From contig JBBTSZ010000002.1 of the NCBI GenBank assembly GCA_038064495.1, forward strand, positions 344,934 to 408,933: a stretch of DNA of 64,000 nucleotides, read 5' to 3'. Below the pieces are notes generated by a model, which saw nothing but the letters and a program-made list of their open reading frames with translations, was not told where the DNA came from and ran no database searches. The stretch's first letter is position 1. Each line of letters starts with the position of its first letter. Below, piece by piece: positions 1-10,147 of the stretch. The translations under genes and the position numbers were made by a program. Origin of the DNA: Patescibacteria group bacterium. GTDB lineage: Bacteria > Patescibacteriota > Minisyncoccia > Phycocordibacterales > Phycocordibacteraceae.

Positions 1-836
1 CCGTAGATAGATACTCAGGCGGAAGTGAACATACCACCATGCATCTCTTGTATGCACGATTCTTTCAGAAAGCATTGTATGACTTAGCACTCGTTCCCAC
101 GAGTGAACCATTTAACGAGCGTTTCAATCGGGGCATTATTCTCGGACCTGATGGACAGAAGATGAGTAAGTCAAAAGGAAACGTGGTGAACCCAGACGCT
201 GTCGTGAAAGAACAAGGAGCAGACGCAGTGCGCATGTTTCTTGCCTTTGTCGGTCCGTATAATGAACCGGGAAGTTATCCGTGGAATCTAGACGGGGTGC
301 ACTCCATGCGTCGGTTCCTCGACAGAGTCTATTTACTTCGTGAACGACGTACGGAGCGCGAAGCAACGCCTGACGAACTGAAAGCACTCCACCGTGCAAT
401 TGATAAAATAGGAAACGACATTGAGCGTTTCAAATTTAACACCGCAATTTCTACACTCATGATTTTTGTGCGTGAACTGGAATCAAATCCAACCGTTGCA
501 CAGGAAGTGTTTCGTTCGTTACTTATCTTGCTTGCACCTCTCGCACCACATCTTGCTGAGCATATGTGGGAACAGGCGGAATATAAGGAGAGTGTTCATA
601 CGCAAGTGTGGCCAAGTGTTGACGTGAGTCTCCTCGAGGAGGAAACCATGACCATAACGGTACAAGTGAATGGGAAAAAGAAAGGACTCATAACGGTGTC
701 AAAGAAGCTCACGCAGGAGACAGTAGAACAAGAGGCTCTCGGGGACCCTGCAGTCATAGCGGCACTCAAGGGCGCCTCACCAAGCAGAGTTATTTACGTC
801 CCCGGACGCACCCTGAACATCGTTATCCCCGGCTAG
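1..836 (+). CDS. leuS: Leucine--tRNA ligase, C-terminal part (5' truncated by window)
   Basis: Frame is open from the window start (VDRYSGGSEHTTMHLLY); KMSKSKGN motif; C-terminal VQVNGK domain. Confidence 0.95.
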   Translation, partial: VDRYSGGSEHTTMHLLYARFFQKALYDLALVPTSEPFNERFNRGIILGPDGQKMSKSKGNVVNPDAVVKEQGADAVRMFLAFVGPYNEPGSYPWNLDGVHSMRRFLDRVYLLRERRTEREATPDELKALHRAIDKIGNDIERFKFNTAISTLMIFVRELESNPTVAQEVFRSLLILLAPLAPHLAEHMWEQAEYKESVHTQVWPSVDVSLLEEETMTITVQVNGKKKGLITVSKKLTQETVEQEALGDPAVIAALKGASPSRVIYVPGRTLNIVIPG

Positions 837-865
837 TTGACGGATTACAGGCTGTTTGTTATAAC
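837..865 (+). promoter_or_regulatory. Sigma70-type promoter
   Basis: TTGACG-17 nt-TATAAC with TG extension, 14 nt before the ATG at 880. Confidence 0.6.
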
Positions 866-879
866 TATACCACACACAT

Positions 880-1950
880 ATGGCACCAAAAGCAGGCCGC
901 ACTTCGGCCACTCTATCCAAAACAGCTGCAAAGCTTTCTTTTGACAGTGCGGTACTCGTTAAAAAACTTCTTGCCGAGGTTCCAGAACGAGCTCGTGAGG
1001 TTCTCGTCTATCGTTTCGGCCTTGGTACATCCTCTACCCGAGAAACACTTGAGGCTATCGGTGAGCGTTGGGGTATTACCCGTGAACGTGTCCGCCAAAT
1101 TGAGGCTTCCGGTATTGATGCTATTCGCTCTTCAAAATCCTTCCGTGAATCTGTTGGAGCATTTGACGAACTCTCTGCGTATATTGAAAAGCAGGGTAGC
1201 GTGGTTCCTGAAGACGTTCTTCTTGCCGGACTCGCTTCCGATGAAAAAAGCCGAAACCGTTTCCGCTTCCTCCTCGTGGTTGGTTCTAGTTTCTTCCGTG
1301 AACGCGAAACTGACGAATTTTATGCACGTTGGCATGTAGACCAGCACACTGCTGAAATGGTACATGGTGCACTCACTCGCCTCTACACGTCACTTGACGA
1401 CGCTGAGGTCCTGTCAGAAGGAGATATCATCAATCGTTTTCTTGAAGAATTGAAGGACGTTAATGCTGCCTATCGTAACGAAGAGATTTTGAAGCGCTGG
1501 CTCTCTCTTTCTAAAACGATTTCAAGTAATCCACTTTCTGAATGGGGTAAAGCAAATGCGCCTGCCATTCGCACGAAGGGAATTCGTGACTATGCCTATC
1601 TTGTTATTAAGAAGAGCGGTGAGCCAATGCACTTTAGTGATGTCGCAAAGGCGATTACTACGACATTTGAAAAAAAGGCACACGTCGCTACGACTCATAA
1701 CGAACTCATCAAGGACTCACGTTTTGTACTCGTCGGGCGTGGTCTCTACGCTCTCGCCGAGTGGGGGTACTCTCCAGGCGTGGTTCGTGACGTGGTAAAA
1801 GATGTGCTCAAGAAAAAAGCCCTGACGCGTGATGAGGTTATTGACGCCGTTAAGAAAGTTCGTTACGTGAAAGACAACACTATTTTGGTAAACTTGAACG
1901 ACACTCGCTATTTCAAGAAACAGCGCGACGGCAAATACACGGCGGTCTAA
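880..1950 (+). CDS. Sigma70 region-4 HTH plus C-terminal winged-HTH (HARE-HTH/RNAP delta-like) protein
   Basis: RFGL...TLEAIGERWGITRERVRQIE (sigma r4); HNELIKDSRFVLVGRGLYALAEWG; no sigma region 2. Confidence 0.75.
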   Translation: MAPKAGRTSATLSKTAAKLSFDSAVLVKKLLAEVPERAREVLVYRFGLGTSSTRETLEAIGERWGITRERVRQIEASGIDAIRSSKSFRESVGAFDELSAYIEKQGSVVPEDVLLAGLASDEKSRNRFRFLLVVGSSFFRERETDEFYARWHVDQHTAEMVHGALTRLYTSLDDAEVLSEGDIINRFLEELKDVNAAYRNEEILKRWLSLSKTISSNPLSEWGKANAPAIRTKGIRDYAYLVIKKSGEPMHFSDVAKAITTTFEKKAHVATTHNELIKDSRFVLVGRGLYALAEWGYSPGVVRDVVKDVLKKKALTRDEVIDAVKKVRYVKDNTILVNLNDTRYFKKQRDGKYTAV

Positions 1951-1962
1951 GCTTCCTACTAC

Positions 1963-2000
1963 TAACAAAAGGAGGTCCGGAAACGGACCTCCTTTTGTTA
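1963..2000 (+). terminator. Intrinsic terminator, probably bidirectional
   Basis: 17-bp perfect stem taacaaaaggaggtccg-GAAA-cggacctccttttgtta. Confidence 0.85.
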
Positions 2001-2010
2001 TACTTCCAGT

Positions 2011-3357
2011 ATGTCTTCCGGTAGTAGTTCGAATCCAGTAAATGCTGTTTTGGGCAAGGCACATGATCGTGGAATTCATCTAACGGCACGGCCGTTCATT
2101 CTGTGTTTTATCGCAGCAAACTTTGCGTTCCTCACCCTTGCACCAGGACAGGTACTTCGCAACTTTGAGTTCTTGCTTATCATCTCTCCTATCTGGTTGC
2201 CGATTATGCTCGGGTACTTTTCCTATCACTACTGGCGTATTGCAAACCGCACTGAATGGCTCGCTAAACAGGAGTACATCCTTCTTGAGCTTCGCGTTCC
2301 GCGCGACGTACGAAAAACACCGCTTGCGATGGAAACAGTTCTCGCGAGTTTACAGATTTCTCCCGGAGAGTCCACCTGGTGGAAAACCATCGTTGAAGGA
2401 CGAACACGTCCCTGGTGGTCCTTTGAAATCGTCTCACTTGGCGGTCGCGTGCATTTGTATGTCTGGACCAGAGAAGGTTTCCGTCGTGGTCTGGAGAGCT
2501 ACTTTTACGCTCAGTACCCAGGTATTGAGATTGTAGAAGCGACCGACTACAGCCGCGAAGTTGATCCGTCACACGACCCCTACGATATGTGGGGCTGTGA
2601 ATTTAAATTCAACAGGGAAGACCCGTATCCGCTCAAAACCTACGTGGACTTCATGAAGCCCGACTCCCCTATGGCAAAGCCTGAGGAGCAGGTAGACCCA
2701 CTGGCGCAGGTTATTGAGTACATCGGTTCACTCTCTCCGAAAGAGCAGTTTTGGATACAAATTTTGGTTCGGGTGAGTAAGGATGAGAAATACGCTCCGT
2801 TTACCATCCGGGACGAGGCGAAGAAAGTACTGGAGGAGCTACGCAAAGAGACGGTTCGTAAAACATCGTTCGTGGATGCAAGTGGTGTAACTCGTGAATC
2901 TGAGAGTTTTCCAAACCCAACCCGTGGTATTCAAAACACCATGGAGGCAATTGAACGGAAAATTAGTAAACCGCTTTTTGATGTCGGTATCCGTTCTGTA
3001 TATTTGGCTCCGAAGGAAAACTATCAAGGAAGTTCGGTTGCACACCTCATCTCTATGTGGCGACCGTTCAGTTCGGAAACGCTCAACAAGCTTGGTATTA
3101 CGAGATGGTTCGCCACCCTTGATGACTGGCCATGGGAGGACCGCAAGGGTCATCTCCAGGCACACATGCGCCATGGACTTGTGGATGCATACCGCAGACG
3201 TTCCTATTTCGCGGAGCCCTACCGGTTCCCGTGGATGGTGATGAACACCGAGGAGCTTGCAACGTTGTTCCATATTCCATCCTCAGGTGTGACTACCCCA
3301 TCTCTTCCACGCATTCAGTCCTCTACTGCTGAAGCACCATCTAATCTACCGACTTAG
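2011..3357 (+). CDS. Conserved CPR-type membrane-anchored hypothetical protein
   Basis: 448-aa ORF with two N-terminal TM segments; LELRVPR..KTPLAME, WSFEIVS, YAQYP motifs resemble the domain seen N-terminal of VirB4/TraG-like ATPases in CPR (recollection, unverified). Confidence 0.6.
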   Translation: MSSGSSSNPVNAVLGKAHDRGIHLTARPFILCFIAANFAFLTLAPGQVLRNFEFLLIISPIWLPIMLGYFSYHYWRIANRTEWLAKQEYILLELRVPRDVRKTPLAMETVLASLQISPGESTWWKTIVEGRTRPWWSFEIVSLGGRVHLYVWTREGFRRGLESYFYAQYPGIEIVEATDYSREVDPSHDPYDMWGCEFKFNREDPYPLKTYVDFMKPDSPMAKPEEQVDPLAQVIEYIGSLSPKEQFWIQILVRVSKDEKYAPFTIRDEAKKVLEELRKETVRKTSFVDASGVTRESESFPNPTRGIQNTMEAIERKISKPLFDVGIRSVYLAPKENYQGSSVAHLISMWRPFSSETLNKLGITRWFATLDDWPWEDRKGHLQAHMRHGLVDAYRRRSYFAEPYRFPWMVMNTEELATLFHIPSSGVTTPSLPRIQSSTAEAPSNLPT

Positions 3358-3358
3358 C

Positions 3359-4360
3359 ATGACGTTTCTCCAGCTCTTCACCACCATCCGACAGATACTC
3401 GGACTACACTTCGCTCGGTTTTGGCTTCGCTACGTACTACTTGGTAGTTTGACCACGGTGCTTTGCATCGTCTTTGTACTTTTCTGCTTTATTCCAAAAG
3501 ACTTTCCCGAAGGTGCGGTGATAACCATTCAGCCCGGTGAAAGCGTGCTTCACGCGGCACGTGACACGCGGAGGGCTCACCTCATTAGCTCCTCAGTCGT
3601 GTTTCGCACGCTCGTACGCTTCACACCAGGTAATCATGGCGTGCTTGCCGGCACGTACGTATTCCCGAAACGGGTAGGGATGCTCACGGTCGCCTGGCAT
3701 ATGTCGCAGGGCATTTCAGGTGCACCCCGAGCTCGCCTCACGTTCCCAGAAGGCAGTACCACCCGCCAGATGGGAGAGCTTCTTGCAGAGGCTCTTCCTG
3801 GCTTCCCGAAGGACGTCTTTCTCACCAGTGCGATACCCTACGAAGGATTTCTCTTCCCAGACACGTACTACTTTGCACCCGGAACGACGCCCGAAGAAGC
3901 ACTCAGCCTTCTCCGTACCACCTATGACCGTAAGACCGAACCACTCAAGAAAATGTTTGTGGACTTCGGAAAATCAGAGCGCGATATCGTTATCATGGCT
4001 TCCTTACTTGAAGCTGAAGGTAAAACCCCTGATGACCGTAGAATCATCGCAGGAATTTTATGGAAACGCATTGAACTCAAGATGCCCCTTCAGGTGGATG
4101 CTTCGTTTGGCTACGACTATGGACTCACTGGATATGTACCAACCGCAAAAGACTTGCAAGGAAATTCAGCCTACAACACGTACCGCTATCGGGGCCTACC
4201 GCCAACACCCATAAATAATCCTGGCACTGAGACACTGAAAGCAGCAAGCACGCCAACAAAAACACAGTATCTGTATTACCTCACGGGTACCGACGAAAAA
4301 ATGCACTACGCAAAGACGTTTGCTGAGCACGTTCAAAATAAGAAAAAATATCTACAATAA
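3359..4360 (+). CDS. mltG: Endolytic transglycosylase MltG (YceG family)
   Basis: TFPEG, EGFLFPDTY, MASLLEAE, LQVDA, YNTYRYRGLPPTPINNPG. Confidence 0.9.
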   Translation: MTFLQLFTTIRQILGLHFARFWLRYVLLGSLTTVLCIVFVLFCFIPKDFPEGAVITIQPGESVLHAARDTRRAHLISSSVVFRTLVRFTPGNHGVLAGTYVFPKRVGMLTVAWHMSQGISGAPRARLTFPEGSTTRQMGELLAEALPGFPKDVFLTSAIPYEGFLFPDTYYFAPGTTPEEALSLLRTTYDRKTEPLKKMFVDFGKSERDIVIMASLLEAEGKTPDDRRIIAGILWKRIELKMPLQVDASFGYDYGLTGYVPTAKDLQGNSAYNTYRYRGLPPTPINNPGTETLKAASTPTKTQYLYYLTGTDEKMHYAKTFAEHVQNKKKYLQ

Positions 4361-4363
4361 AAA

Positions 4364-4382
4364 TCGCGGCGTCTTGCCGCGA
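4364..4382. terminator. Hairpin between convergent genes
   Basis: tcgcggc-gtctt-gccgcga flanked by A runs. Confidence 0.5.
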
Positions 4383-4399
4383 AAAGTGAGGAAGAGCAG

Positions 4400-4705
4400 T
4401 TACGTAAACAACTCTTCCTCAAGGTTTTCGTCTATATGCTGCCATGCATCGATGACCTCGTTATCCCAACGCTTCTTGAACTCAGAGAGCTCTAGTTTTG
4501 CAGATGCGGTCGGGAAGTACGCCCACATGGTTCCGTCTTCGTAGCGAATAAGTCCATATAGTTCGCCCGGAGGAAGCGAAACTCGCTCACCGCTATCTAC
4601 ATGTTTGAGGATAAGACGCTTTGCAGGAAGTACTACGATCCGAATACGCATTTCATCATCGTGTACGACGTTTGGACTATACCTGATGTGTTTCAAGGAG
4701 CTCAC
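4400..4705 (-). CDS. Hypothetical protein (orphan)
   Basis: 101-aa ORF filling the gap between mltG and mnmA; GTG start. Confidence 0.55.
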   Translation of the reverse strand: MSSLKHIRYSPNVVHDDEMRIRIVVLPAKRLILKHVDSGERVSLPPGELYGLIRYEDGTMWAYFPTASAKLELSEFKKRWDNEVIDAWQHIDENLEEELFT

Positions 4706-4787
4706 CTCACTTTCGTCTTGGAGTTGGTCTTACCTGGTTAATCATTACAACTAGGCTAGGTTTGTCAAGAAATGGTATACCTGAGAC

Positions 4788-5825
4788 ATGTCTGAAATAC
4801 GTGGAAAGAAAGTATTCGTGGGACTTTCAGGTGGAGTTGACTCTGCCGTGACTGCTGCGCTTCTACAAGAGGCGGGAGCCGAGGTGTACGGAGTATTCAT
4901 TAAAGGATGGTATCCGGATGGATTGCCATGCACGTGGGCCGCTGACCGGAGGGACGCAATGCGTGTCGCTGCGTTCCTACGCATCCCATTTCATACCTTA
5001 GATGCATCTACAGAATATAAAAAGTTTGTCATAGACTATCTCCTTTCCGAATACGGCAAAGGGCGCACGCCAAACCCCGATATTATGTGCAATCGAGAAG
5101 TAAAATTTGGTGTTTTTTATGAATTCGCCAAGCGACACGGTGCAGACTTTATTGCGACAGGACACTACGCTCAGAATGTAGGAGGTTCGCTTGAAAAAGG
5201 AGTAGACCCGGGGAAAGACCAAAGTTATTTTCTATGGGCTGTTCCAAAGCAGGCGTTGGAAGTGACCCTATTTCCACTCGGAAAATTACAGAAAAATGAG
5301 GTGCGTAAGGTGGCCGAGCGTATGAATCTGCCAAACGCGACGAAGCGCGACAGCCAAGGTATTTGTTTTCTTGGAAATGTATCTATGGAAGACTTCTTAC
5401 GCGATGAGTTTAAGCCATCAGTAGGCAATGCGTGTGACGAGTCAGGTACGCTGGTAGGCACCCATGATGGAGCACTTCTCCACACACTTGGTGAGCGCGT
5501 GACGTTAACGGACGCACCACCCGGACCCTGGTACGTGAAGCATAAGAATCTTGAAAACAACACCCTTGTTGTGACAAAAGAACAAAAGTCGGAAGCTTCA
5601 ACAAGCACGTTCAGACTCACCCAACCCAACTTGTTTAGTGAGCCAAAGGAGAATGAGATTGTTACTGCTCAATATCGTTACCATGGCCCCTTCATTGAAG
5701 GTATCTATGATGCTTCCACACAAACCTTTACTCCACGCGAGCCTGTTACCGAACCAGTTGCGGCAGGTCAATCACTCGTCCTCTACAAGGACTCAGTCGT
5801 ATACGGAGGTGGTATTATTGCGTAA
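4788..5825 (+). CDS. mnmA: tRNA 2-thiouridine(34) synthase MnmA
   Basis: SGGVDS, TPNPDIMCN, ATGHY, KDQSYFL, DSQGICF. Confidence 0.95.
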   Translation: MSEIRGKKVFVGLSGGVDSAVTAALLQEAGAEVYGVFIKGWYPDGLPCTWAADRRDAMRVAAFLRIPFHTLDASTEYKKFVIDYLLSEYGKGRTPNPDIMCNREVKFGVFYEFAKRHGADFIATGHYAQNVGGSLEKGVDPGKDQSYFLWAVPKQALEVTLFPLGKLQKNEVRKVAERMNLPNATKRDSQGICFLGNVSMEDFLRDEFKPSVGNACDESGTLVGTHDGALLHTLGERVTLTDAPPGPWYVKHKNLENNTLVVTKEQKSEASTSTFRLTQPNLFSEPKENEIVTAQYRYHGPFIEGIYDASTQTFTPREPVTEPVAAGQSLVLYKDSVVYGGGIIA

Positions 5826-5827
5826 GC

Positions 5828-6664
5828 ATGCCCGTATCTATTGTTAAAACTGACGGCACCATAGAGCCGTTTGATGGAATGAAGCTTGAGTGGTCGCTCA
5901 GGCGTGCCGGTGCGTCTACCCACACTGCAGAGCGTATTCGTCACACGATTGAGATTTCGGTAGCGCATGGTGTTGGTACGCAGGAAATCTATAAGCGAGC
6001 CTTTCAAATGCTTCGACATGACGCGCGTCCGGCCGCCGCGCGCTACTCACTTCGCCGTGCACTCTTTGAATTTGGTCCATCAGGACACCCGTTTGAAAAC
6101 TACGTTTCGGAACTCTTTAAAAAAGAAGGATGGAATGTGGAATACCGCCGCATTATTCCCGGTAAGTGCGTGAGTCATGAGGTAGATGTGTACGCCGAGC
6201 GTAATGGCGAATATCTTGCTGCAGAACTGAAATATCATAATGACCCGTCCTATAAAACAGATGTAAAAGTAGCGCTCTACGTAAAAGCACGCTTTGACGA
6301 CATTTGGCAGTGTGACCCAAAGGTAGATAAGACCTGTAAGGTTGACCATGGTTTTTTAATTACGAACACCAAGTTCACGCGTGATGCAGTTCAGTTTGCT
6401 AATTGCTCTGGTATTAATCTGCTCGGATGGAGTTATCCGCAGGAAGGGAATTTGTATGATCGTATTGTGGCAACAGGACTCTACCCAATCACTGCACTCA
6501 CTACCCTTAAAAAAGCTGAGAAACGTCTGTTGATTGATCAAGGCATTACGACATGCGAACAAATCCGTCTGAATCGCGACCTGCTGCGGGCAATTTCCAT
6601 ACCGCCAGAGCGGCTTGGGGGCATACTAGCGGAAGCGAATACCCTCTGTAATGCGTATGCATAA
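5828..6664 (+). CDS. ATP-cone domain fused to Mrr-like PD-(D/E)XK restriction endonuclease domain
   Basis: N-terminal IVKTDGTIEPFD..KL..SL (ATP cone); G..FE..V..LF, HEVDV, ELK, LITNTKFT. Confidence 0.75.
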   Translation: MPVSIVKTDGTIEPFDGMKLEWSLRRAGASTHTAERIRHTIEISVAHGVGTQEIYKRAFQMLRHDARPAAARYSLRRALFEFGPSGHPFENYVSELFKKEGWNVEYRRIIPGKCVSHEVDVYAERNGEYLAAELKYHNDPSYKTDVKVALYVKARFDDIWQCDPKVDKTCKVDHGFLITNTKFTRDAVQFANCSGINLLGWSYPQEGNLYDRIVATGLYPITALTTLKKAEKRLLIDQGITTCEQIRLNRDLLRAISIPPERLGGILAEANTLCNAYA

Positions 6665-6669
6665 AGGAT

Positions 6670-7461
6670 ATGGCTGACTACGTAAAAAAATATAATCCGA
6701 ACCGTGCCAGTGACTGGAACTATGGTGGTAAGAAGTGGCGTCTCTCGCGCTCCAAGATTGAACTCTTTAATGAATGCCCTCGCTGTTTTTACTTGGATAA
6801 CAAACTCGGTACCGCGCGGCCTCGTGGACCATCCTTTACGCTCAATCTTGCGGTAGATGCTCTGTTTAAAAAAGAATTTGATGTGCATCGCAAGGCACAG
6901 ACCGCACACACTCTTATGGAGCAGTATAAGCTTGAAGCGGTTCCGTATCAGCACAAGGACCTTCCGACGTGGCAAGAGAATTTTGAAGGCATTGAGTATA
7001 AAGACAAAGCGACTGGATTCACCATCTCAGGAGCTATTGATGACGTGTGGGTTAATCCGAAAGGCGAGCTTATTGTCGTGGACTACAAGGCAACCTCCAA
7101 AGAAGGAACTATTGAAACACTTTCAGACTCGGCGTGGGAAGATTCCTATCGTAGACAAATGGGTGTGTACCAATGGTTGTTGCGAAAGAACGATTTCACC
7201 GTGTCACCCATGGGCTACTTCGTGTATGCAAATGCTAAAAGTGATAAAGCTGCGTTTGATGGACAGCTTGAGTTTGAGGTGACGCTCGTACCGTGCGAAG
7301 GAAGTACCGATTGGATAGACAACGTTCTCCCGAGAATTAAACAAACACTGGATAGCAGTGACATCCCACCTACCGGCGACGCCTGTGAGTACTGTCCCTA
7401 CCGAGAAGCTTCCGGTAAAAAACTGCTTGCACTCCACAACGCTCTCAAGAAAGCGAAATAG
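6670..7461 (+). CDS. PD-(D/E)XK nuclease, RecB/AddB/Cas4-like (standalone)
   Basis: LSRSKI..F.ECPRCFY, GAIDD, VVDYK, Q...Y, C-terminal CEYCPY. Confidence 0.8.
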   Translation: MADYVKKYNPNRASDWNYGGKKWRLSRSKIELFNECPRCFYLDNKLGTARPRGPSFTLNLAVDALFKKEFDVHRKAQTAHTLMEQYKLEAVPYQHKDLPTWQENFEGIEYKDKATGFTISGAIDDVWVNPKGELIVVDYKATSKEGTIETLSDSAWEDSYRRQMGVYQWLLRKNDFTVSPMGYFVYANAKSDKAAFDGQLEFEVTLVPCEGSTDWIDNVLPRIKQTLDSSDIPPTGDACEYCPYREASGKKLLALHNALKKAK

Positions 7462-7464
7462 TCT

Positions 7465-8133
7465 ATGAACGTGGTGCTTGAAGACTCCTGGAAAGAGGTA
7501 TTGAAAGAAGAGTTTGAAAAGTCGTATTTCAAAGAGCTGACCGAATTTGTAAAACAGGAATACCTTTCGGGAGCGGTGTATCCGCACCCAAAGAATATTT
7601 TTCATGCCTTTGAACTCACACCCTTTGACCAAGTACGCGTTGTCATTTTGGGTCAGGACCCGTATCACGGAAAAGACCAGGCGCATGGGCTTTCATTTTC
7701 GGTTCGCGAAGGTGTTCGCAACCCGCCTTCCCTCCAGAATCTTTTCAAAGAAATTGAGTCTGATGTAGGAAAGTCAGAAGATCGTATAACAGGGAACTTG
7801 GAATCATGGGCAAGGCAAGGGGTGCTCCTCCTGAACGCGACGCTCACGGTGCGAGCAGGCGCAGCTGGTTCGCACCAGGGAAAGGGTTGGGAGTTATTTA
7901 CTGACGCTGTCATCAAGGCACTTTCAGAGAAACGGGAGCATCTCGTATTCATACTCTGGGGAAACTACGCGCGCGCGAAAGGTGCGCATATAGATAGGAC
8001 GAAGCATCTCGTCATTGAGTCTGCTCATCCGTCACCGTTTTCTGCCTATAATGGATTCTTTGGCAGTAAACCTTTTAGTAAGACAAATACCTATTTAGAG
8101 CAGCACGGGAGAGCACCGATAGATTGGACATAA
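7465..8133 (+). CDS. ung: Uracil-DNA glycosylase (family 1)
   Basis: GQDPYH, PPSL, GVLLLN, HPSP motifs. Confidence 0.95.
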   Translation: MNVVLEDSWKEVLKEEFEKSYFKELTEFVKQEYLSGAVYPHPKNIFHAFELTPFDQVRVVILGQDPYHGKDQAHGLSFSVREGVRNPPSLQNLFKEIESDVGKSEDRITGNLESWARQGVLLLNATLTVRAGAAGSHQGKGWELFTDAVIKALSEKREHLVFILWGNYARAKGAHIDRTKHLVIESAHPSPFSAYNGFFGSKPFSKTNTYLEQHGRAPIDWT

Positions 8134-8135
8134 AA

Positions 8136-10109
8136 CTACCACACCATTTCGCGTGCTGAGGGTAGTCGATACATCTTATCTTTCTTGGTAATACCGTAGG
8201 CTTCGTAGAAAGCATCAAGGTTTGAGACAGGACCGTTAATGCGGAAGATACCCGGAGCATGTGGGTCGGTCAGCACCTGAGACTTTACAAACTCAGGTCG
8301 CGCGTTTTCACGCTCAAAGATGGCGAACGCAAGAAAGAATCTTTGTTCTGGTGTAAGGCCATCAATATCTTTTCTGCCGGTGCGTTTCAGCTGGAGTTGG
8401 TACGCATCTAGTGCAATAGAAAGACCGCCAAGGTCGGCGATGTTCTCGCCAAGCGTGAGTTTTCCGTTCACCTTCACGCCGTCTGCAACCGTATACTGGT
8501 CAAACTGCTTACGAACACGCTCTGCTTTCCTTTCAAATCGCTTACGGTCACCGGAAGTCCACCAGCTCTTCAAGTTTCCTTTTTCGTCAAATTTAGAACC
8601 CTGGTCGTCAAAACCGTGGGTAATCTCGTGTCCAATAACGGCGCCGATAGCTCCGTAGTTCACGGCGTCGTCAGCAGTATGACTAAAGAAGGGCGCTTGA
8701 AGGATGGCGGCAGGGAAAGCTATATCGTTTAAGTTTGGTGCGAAGTAGGCGTTCACCGTCTGTGGGTACATAAACCACTCATCACGGTCTATAGGGCCGC
8801 GGAGCTTCTTCAATTGGCGTCTATGTTCAAACGCGCTTGAACGCATCAGATTCCCAAGATACTCATCAGGACGCACCACGAGCCCTCGATATGACTTCCA
8901 CTTGTCAGGATACCCAATCTTGCGATTAAGTGAGCGGAGCTTCAGCAATGCCTTCTTTTTGGTTTTTGGACTCATCCAATCAAGGCCTTTGATGCGGGCC
9001 GCATAGGCGGTAAACAAGTCGTCTACCAAGATATTCATTTTTTTCTTCGCTTCGGGTGGGAAGTGTTTTTTCACGTAGATTTGCCCAAGCACCTCGCCCA
9101 AGTTGCCATTTACGGAGCCAAGAATCCGACGCCACAGTGGCTTCATTACCTTCGTACCTGAAAGCACCGTTCCATAAAAAGAAAATTGCTCGCGAATGAA
9201 TGGTTGTGAGAGTGCGCCGGCAAGGGAACTGACCGCGTGAAATTCAAGGTAGATTTTCCAGTCCTCAATTGAAATAGAATCCAGAAGCTTAGAGACTCCT
9301 GCGTAGAATTCCGGTTGCATCACAATGAAATAGGGAAGTTCACCCACGCCGACGTACGCGAAGTAGCGCTTCCAGTCCATTCCAGGTGCAAGCTTTTCTA
9401 GCTGCGGGCGTGTGAACTTATGATACGTCTTCTCTGCATCACGAGAATCCTCTTTCTTCATGGAAATACGTGCAAGCGCGGTCTCAGTTGTCAGTATGGA
9501 TTCCATACGCCTGGTAGCGTCTCCCGTGCTGTAGCCAATAAGTTTCAGCAAACGGACACCATGCGTCTTATAGGCATTTCGTACACGTACTGATTCCGCA
9601 TCATCCTTCAGATAGTAATCACGGTCGGGCATACCAAGACCGTCCTGCACCATATGGAGTGCGTAGCGCGTGCTGTTCTTTGCATCTTGGTCAACAAAGC
9701 CAGCCCAGAGTGCATCAAGTCCCACCTTATGGAATTCAGCAATCAGTTTAAGAAGGTCGCCTTTTGAGCGCACCTTTGCAACTTTGGAACGCCACGGAGC
9801 GAGCGGTTTTGCACCAAGGGCGTTTCGTCGCTTCATATCCATACCCGAGCGGTAGAAGTCGCGAATCATTTGCTCCGGAGAACCTTTTTTGAGTCCGCGT
9901 GCTGACTCCACCTCATCAAGTATCTTCTTCAGTTTCTTGTCCGTGTCATAGCGCAACATAACAAAACTACCCCAGCGTGCTTCAGACTTTGGGATGGGAT
10001 TGACTCGCATCCATTTTTTATTCACGTGGTGATAAAAGTCGTCCTGCGGACGTATCTTTGCGTCAAGCTCTTTCGGGTCAAATCCCCATCCTTTTGGTTT
10101 CGTACTCAT
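8136..10109 (-). CDS. pepO: M13 family (neprilysin/PepO-like) metalloendopeptidase
   Basis: VNAYF, HEITHGFDDQG, GENIAD, DPHAP. Confidence 0.9.
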   Translation of the reverse strand: MSTKPKGWGFDPKELDAKIRPQDDFYHHVNKKWMRVNPIPKSEARWGSFVMLRYDTDKKLKKILDEVESARGLKKGSPEQMIRDFYRSGMDMKRRNALGAKPLAPWRSKVAKVRSKGDLLKLIAEFHKVGLDALWAGFVDQDAKNSTRYALHMVQDGLGMPDRDYYLKDDAESVRVRNAYKTHGVRLLKLIGYSTGDATRRMESILTTETALARISMKKEDSRDAEKTYHKFTRPQLEKLAPGMDWKRYFAYVGVGELPYFIVMQPEFYAGVSKLLDSISIEDWKIYLEFHAVSSLAGALSQPFIREQFSFYGTVLSGTKVMKPLWRRILGSVNGNLGEVLGQIYVKKHFPPEAKKKMNILVDDLFTAYAARIKGLDWMSPKTKKKALLKLRSLNRKIGYPDKWKSYRGLVVRPDEYLGNLMRSSAFEHRRQLKKLRGPIDRDEWFMYPQTVNAYFAPNLNDIAFPAAILQAPFFSHTADDAVNYGAIGAVIGHEITHGFDDQGSKFDEKGNLKSWWTSGDRKRFERKAERVRKQFDQYTVADGVKVNGKLTLGENIADLGGLSIALDAYQLQLKRTGRKDIDGLTPEQRFFLAFAIFERENARPEFVKSQVLTDPHAPGIFRINGPVSNLDAFYEAYGITKKDKMYRLPSAREMVW

Positions 10110-10147
10110 AGCACAGAGTATACAAGCCGTGGTATCGTCTGACTATT

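Noticed and set aside
6670-7461. Cas4-like gene as evidence of CRISPR-Cas
   Set aside because: No cas1/cas2 and no repeat-spacer array seen in the window; standalone PD-(D/E)XK nucleases are common.
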